This document shows, piece by piece, positions 60,216 through 64,000 of a DNA stretch of 64,000 nt. Position numbers and translations under genes: made by a program. Under the pieces are notes generated by a model that saw only the letters and a program-made list of their open reading frames with translations, did not search any database and had not been told where the DNA came from. The DNA comes from the human T2T-CHM13v2.0 reference genome, Homo sapiens. How positions within the stretch are numbered: position 1 is the first letter of the stretch; the number at the start of each line of letters is the position of its first letter. Location of the stretch: the NCBI RefSeq assembly GCF_009914755.1, contig NC_060931.1; one strand, 5' to 3'.

Positions 60216-60369
60216 ATTCATTAATCAAGTGCCATATCTACCCCTTCTAGGGAATATGCTAATTGGTATTCTGGAAAAAAGTATTCCATTGTTTTATGTT
60301 TGAGACCTAAACCTAGAACAATCACTATACTTAATAATATGGCAAGCATTCTTTTAGTGAGAGAGAATA

Positions 60370-61150
60370 TGACAAGTATTGCTACTCTCACCACTACATT
60401 TAAGGTAGTTGAGCAAGTCCTAGTCAATGCTATAAGAAAGGAAAATGAAATAACATATGGAACATGTTGAAGGATGAATGAGATTGTTACTCTTTGCAAC
60501 CTACTACGTGGACCACTTAGAAAAACTAATAAATAAACCGTTAAAACTAATCAGAGAGTATAACAAGATGCCCAATAAAACAGCAATTTATAAGAATCAA
60601 TGGTACTCTAATTTAGCAATATATATTTATAGAATATGATAAAATGAGAGAGCACTCACAAAAGTAAGAAGCTATGTAGGAATTAGTTAACAAAGTATTC
60701 ATTGATCCCTACAGAAAAAATGGTTACAAGCCTTTTAAAAGGCATAAGGAACAGAGAATAGATTGAGATATACCACGCCACTGAATAGAATATTAACAGC
60801 CATGATCTACAAGTTAAACTGTGCTTGTATATTTAATATAATCTGAATAAAAATGTAAACTGTATTTGTTTAAAAACACTGATTTATAGATGGCATTGAA
60901 ATAAGTAGCTTACTATATTGAGAAAAAACTGAATTCTTACCTAAAACAACATAAAAATTGGACACCTGATGGGTTAAAATTTCCAAATGTGGAAGGTAAA
61001 TAAATGATAACATATATAATAATGTAGGAGAATACATTGCCTTTGTGATCTGTGAGGAACAACTTCTTTAAACACTTCAAAAAAAAATTAACTACAAGAA
61101 GCCAGACCAAAAAGGCCACAAACTGTATGATTCCATTTACAAGACACATT
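60370..61150 (+). mobile_element. Very old L1 (L1ME-like) ORF2 fragments
   Basis: gtcctagtcaatgctataagaaaggaaaatgaaata; tgtatgattccatttac. Confidence 0.65.
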
Positions 61151-61287
61151 GCAAACATGCTTTCAGTGCAAATAGGTGATGGCCCAATAGCATCATCCTG
61201 ATGTAACTCAGAACTGGGCTCTAGAAAAACCTCAAGGATGGGGGGAAAATGCAAGGTTCAGGATTGCCAGTCTTCATTTTATGAAGT

Positions 61288-61488
61288 CAGGGTCAACAAA
61301 TCTTTTCGGTAAGAGGTAGATAGTATTTGTGGACCAGATGGTTTGTGTCACAACTACTCAATTTTGCTGTTGTAGCATAAAAGCAGCCCCATAGACAACA
61401 CAAACGAGATTGGCTGTATTCTAATAAAACTCGTTAGAGAAATAAGCAAATGGCAGACTTGGACCATGGGTGTAGTTTGCTGACCCAT
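61288..61488. mobile_element. MER58A hAT relic
   Basis: cagggtcaacaaa ... gtagtttgctgaccc termini. Confidence 0.8.
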
Positions 61489-63359
61489 GCAAAAAATCCA
61501 CTTCCAATTAAAGAATAATTACAAATTAATAGTCGCTGGTCTTTTAAGCATATTCATAAGGAAAAAGCATTAAATGATGAAGACAGAGAAACTGAGTTAC
61601 AGAATTAGAGGAAGTACCCAGTTCTAATTTTTTTTTTTGGCAGAAAGTACCTAATCAACTACAAAATACTTAGCTGTCATAATTTCCATTTTTTCAAAGT
61701 AGCACATGGATATTTACATGGAATTCTGTAAAGATAAGTCAATGGATTCTGAATTATTTAGAAGAATTATATCTTTCAGTTAATATATTCCAAGCAGAGC
61801 TTCAAAGGAACCCTTACATTATTCAGCAAAGAGCTCAATTTAAGATCAAAATAATCTATAATTTCCATCCTACTCTTTGTCAGAGAGAAGGGGTTAAACC
61901 ACTAACCTGCAGATATTTCCACACATTATTTTCACCAACTAGAAGATATACCTCAGGTCTCCAACTGAGAGAAGGGTAAGATTTTGTTGGTTTTTGAGCA
62001 ACATCTGGAAATTCGTCATAGTTATACACTCATATGGCTCAGTGGAAATGTACTGTACTTTAGGCAGTCCATGGGAACCAATGAAAATGGTTCTTAGAGG
62101 CAAAGTCTTAATATTAAAGTTAAATAAATTTGCACATATACATAAAGTTTTAAAACTGGACAAATTTGAAAGTATGCTGGTTAGAAGACTTAAACTGATC
62201 AGCTTTAAACATAATATAAACCCAAATCACAGTACTCTCTAAAGTATTCTACCTTAAAATAAGCAAAATATTAATATTAACTACTATAAATACAGTAGAT
62301 TAAAAGTCACAATCTCTCACTATACTGTTTGTTTCAGTTAAAGTGATTCCACTTTTAACTACATTTTTATATACATTACTTGTTTTTAAAATAAATAATC
62401 TTTCAAGGGAGTGAATATCTATTTTAAGTGCATGCATTATTCCAGCTCACTCTTCATCTCTAATGAAAAAGTTAAAAATGCCAGATGCACAGATTCACAC
62501 TCTTCTCCATCTTGTGTCGCTGTGACTATAACCACTGAAGGGCCAGAGAACTGTGAGAACAATTTGTTTCTGCACAGAATCTCCACACCTACCTTTGTTT
62601 GCTTTGTAAGCTCTCCAGTCTTTCCCCATTATATTATTCTTTTAAGTATATTTCTATGCTAGTCTACAAAGTGGCAATAATGAGAAAACAATGTCTTAAT
62701 AATTATGCAAATTATGTATTAATTATATAAAAATTTGAAATTTAATTTTACAAATGAAGCAGGGAAAAGGAAAGATAAATTGTGCTTGAAAAAGATTATT
62801 ATGGAATGCAGAGGCCCAAAGATTTTGGCATTTCTATTGGATCTCTGAGCTTTTATCTGAAATTAAACTGTATAAATGTCTCTCCTATTGATGACATTAC
62901 TAAGCATTTCAGAAAATGGTGGAAATATTTAGGAGTCATGAATATCTAAATGTAGCCTTAAAAGACACTGGTGAAAAGCTTCTTATTTATTGTGGGAATA
63001 GTAGGCCCCTAAATTGCCAATCTTTTTCTCTTATGAAGAACTGTGGTTAGAAGAAGTTACAGATGATACACACCCTGAAGATATTAAGCTCTATATTCCA
63101 TCTTCTCTACAAACAACCTTAAATCCGACTGCCCTTCAAAGCTACATTGTATTAAGAGAATATGGTTCCAACTATCTTCTTCAGTAATAAAAATGCCATT
63201 AAAATAACAAAATATTTAAAGAGAGAAGACCAAATGTCAGTTTAATATCCTAGAGGAAATTATTTTTCCTAAACATTATGCGTCATTCTACACTTAAAAT
63301 TTGTTGAATGTTTTCTTATCAGTCCCAATGCCTCTGAACTCTGACACCAACCAAAGCGA

Positions 63360-64000
63360 TTCACCAAAGTAGCTACATAGATAGCAAACAAGGACATAAA
63401 GAGATGTTCAATCTCGTTAGTAATTTTAGGGAAATACAAATTGAAACCACATGAGGTACCATTACACATCTATGAGAATGGCTAATATAAAAACAAGAAT
63501 AGTAAGTGCTATTGTAGGCATGAAGCAACTCTCAATTATACATTTCTAGCATAATGCAAAATAGTAAAATTATTCTGAAAAAGTAAAACAGTTTAGGAGT
63601 TTTTCTTAAGAGATGGGTTCTCACTATGTTGTTCACACTGTACTCTAACTCCTGGGCTCAAGCAGTCCTCTCACCTCAGCCTCCGCAGTAGCTGGGACTA
63701 TAGGCATGCACCACCATACCTGGCAAAATTATTCTCCTAAAGTTAAATGTGCACTTTTCATATTATTCTCCACTGACCCTCCCAAGTGCTTACTCTAGAA
63801 AAATGGAAACATATGATCATATAAAATATTTAATAACGGAACATGAATGCTGATACAAGTATTATTTATAGTCACAAAATCTTGAAACAAAATATCCTCC
63901 TATGGGTTGAGTAAATCATTATATGGTATATCCATAAGAATACTATTCAGCATTAAGAAAAACCTATTGATATACGCAGCAACACAAATTAAGCTCAAAT
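63360..64000 (+). mobile_element. Old L1ME-like 3' fragment
   Basis: gggaaatacaaattgaaaccacatgaggtacc, gaatactattcagcattaag. Confidence 0.75.
63600..63724 (-). mobile_element. FLAM (Alu monomer) inside L1
   Basis: actcctgggctcaagcagtcctc...gtagctgggactataggc single monomer. Confidence 0.85.

Noticed and set aside
61937-62163. Minus-strand ORF ending at a gag|gtatat donor
   Set aside because: Weak donor, no convincing acceptor, unrecognised peptide

Overview
AT-rich primate (human-like) genomic DNA, mostly interspersed repeats; subfamily calls come from recalled consensus motifs, not a database search. It holds about 15 Alu/FLAM copies, many old L1 fragments, a near-full-length decayed L1PA (46.3-52.1 kb, minus strand), solo LTRs (LTR12, LTR22-like, MLT1/MST, MER34/39-like), DNA transposon relics (MADE1, Tigger2, MER58, MER5) and microsatellites. 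No intact, recognisable protein-coding gene is present, and the ORF track is mostly Alu/L1/LTR-derived or chance ORFs. The A-rich + strand, the mostly + orientation of old L1s and several splice-signal-bounded segments suggest long introns and possibly the 3' end of a minus-strand gene that I cannot name. The strongest signal is a complex rearrangement at 46.1-46.5 kb: an Alu-L1 fusion deletion next to a 100%-identical 92-bp inverted insertion copied from 3.4 kb away, with microhomologies and a 14-bp duplication. More template-switch scars lie at 33.3, 35.7, 46.5 and 48.1 kb. Also notable: a likely L1 3' transduction ending at an LTR poly(A) signal, a candidate UG-repeat-flanked (TDP-43-type) cryptic exon, and an LTR12 lacking its CCAAT array.
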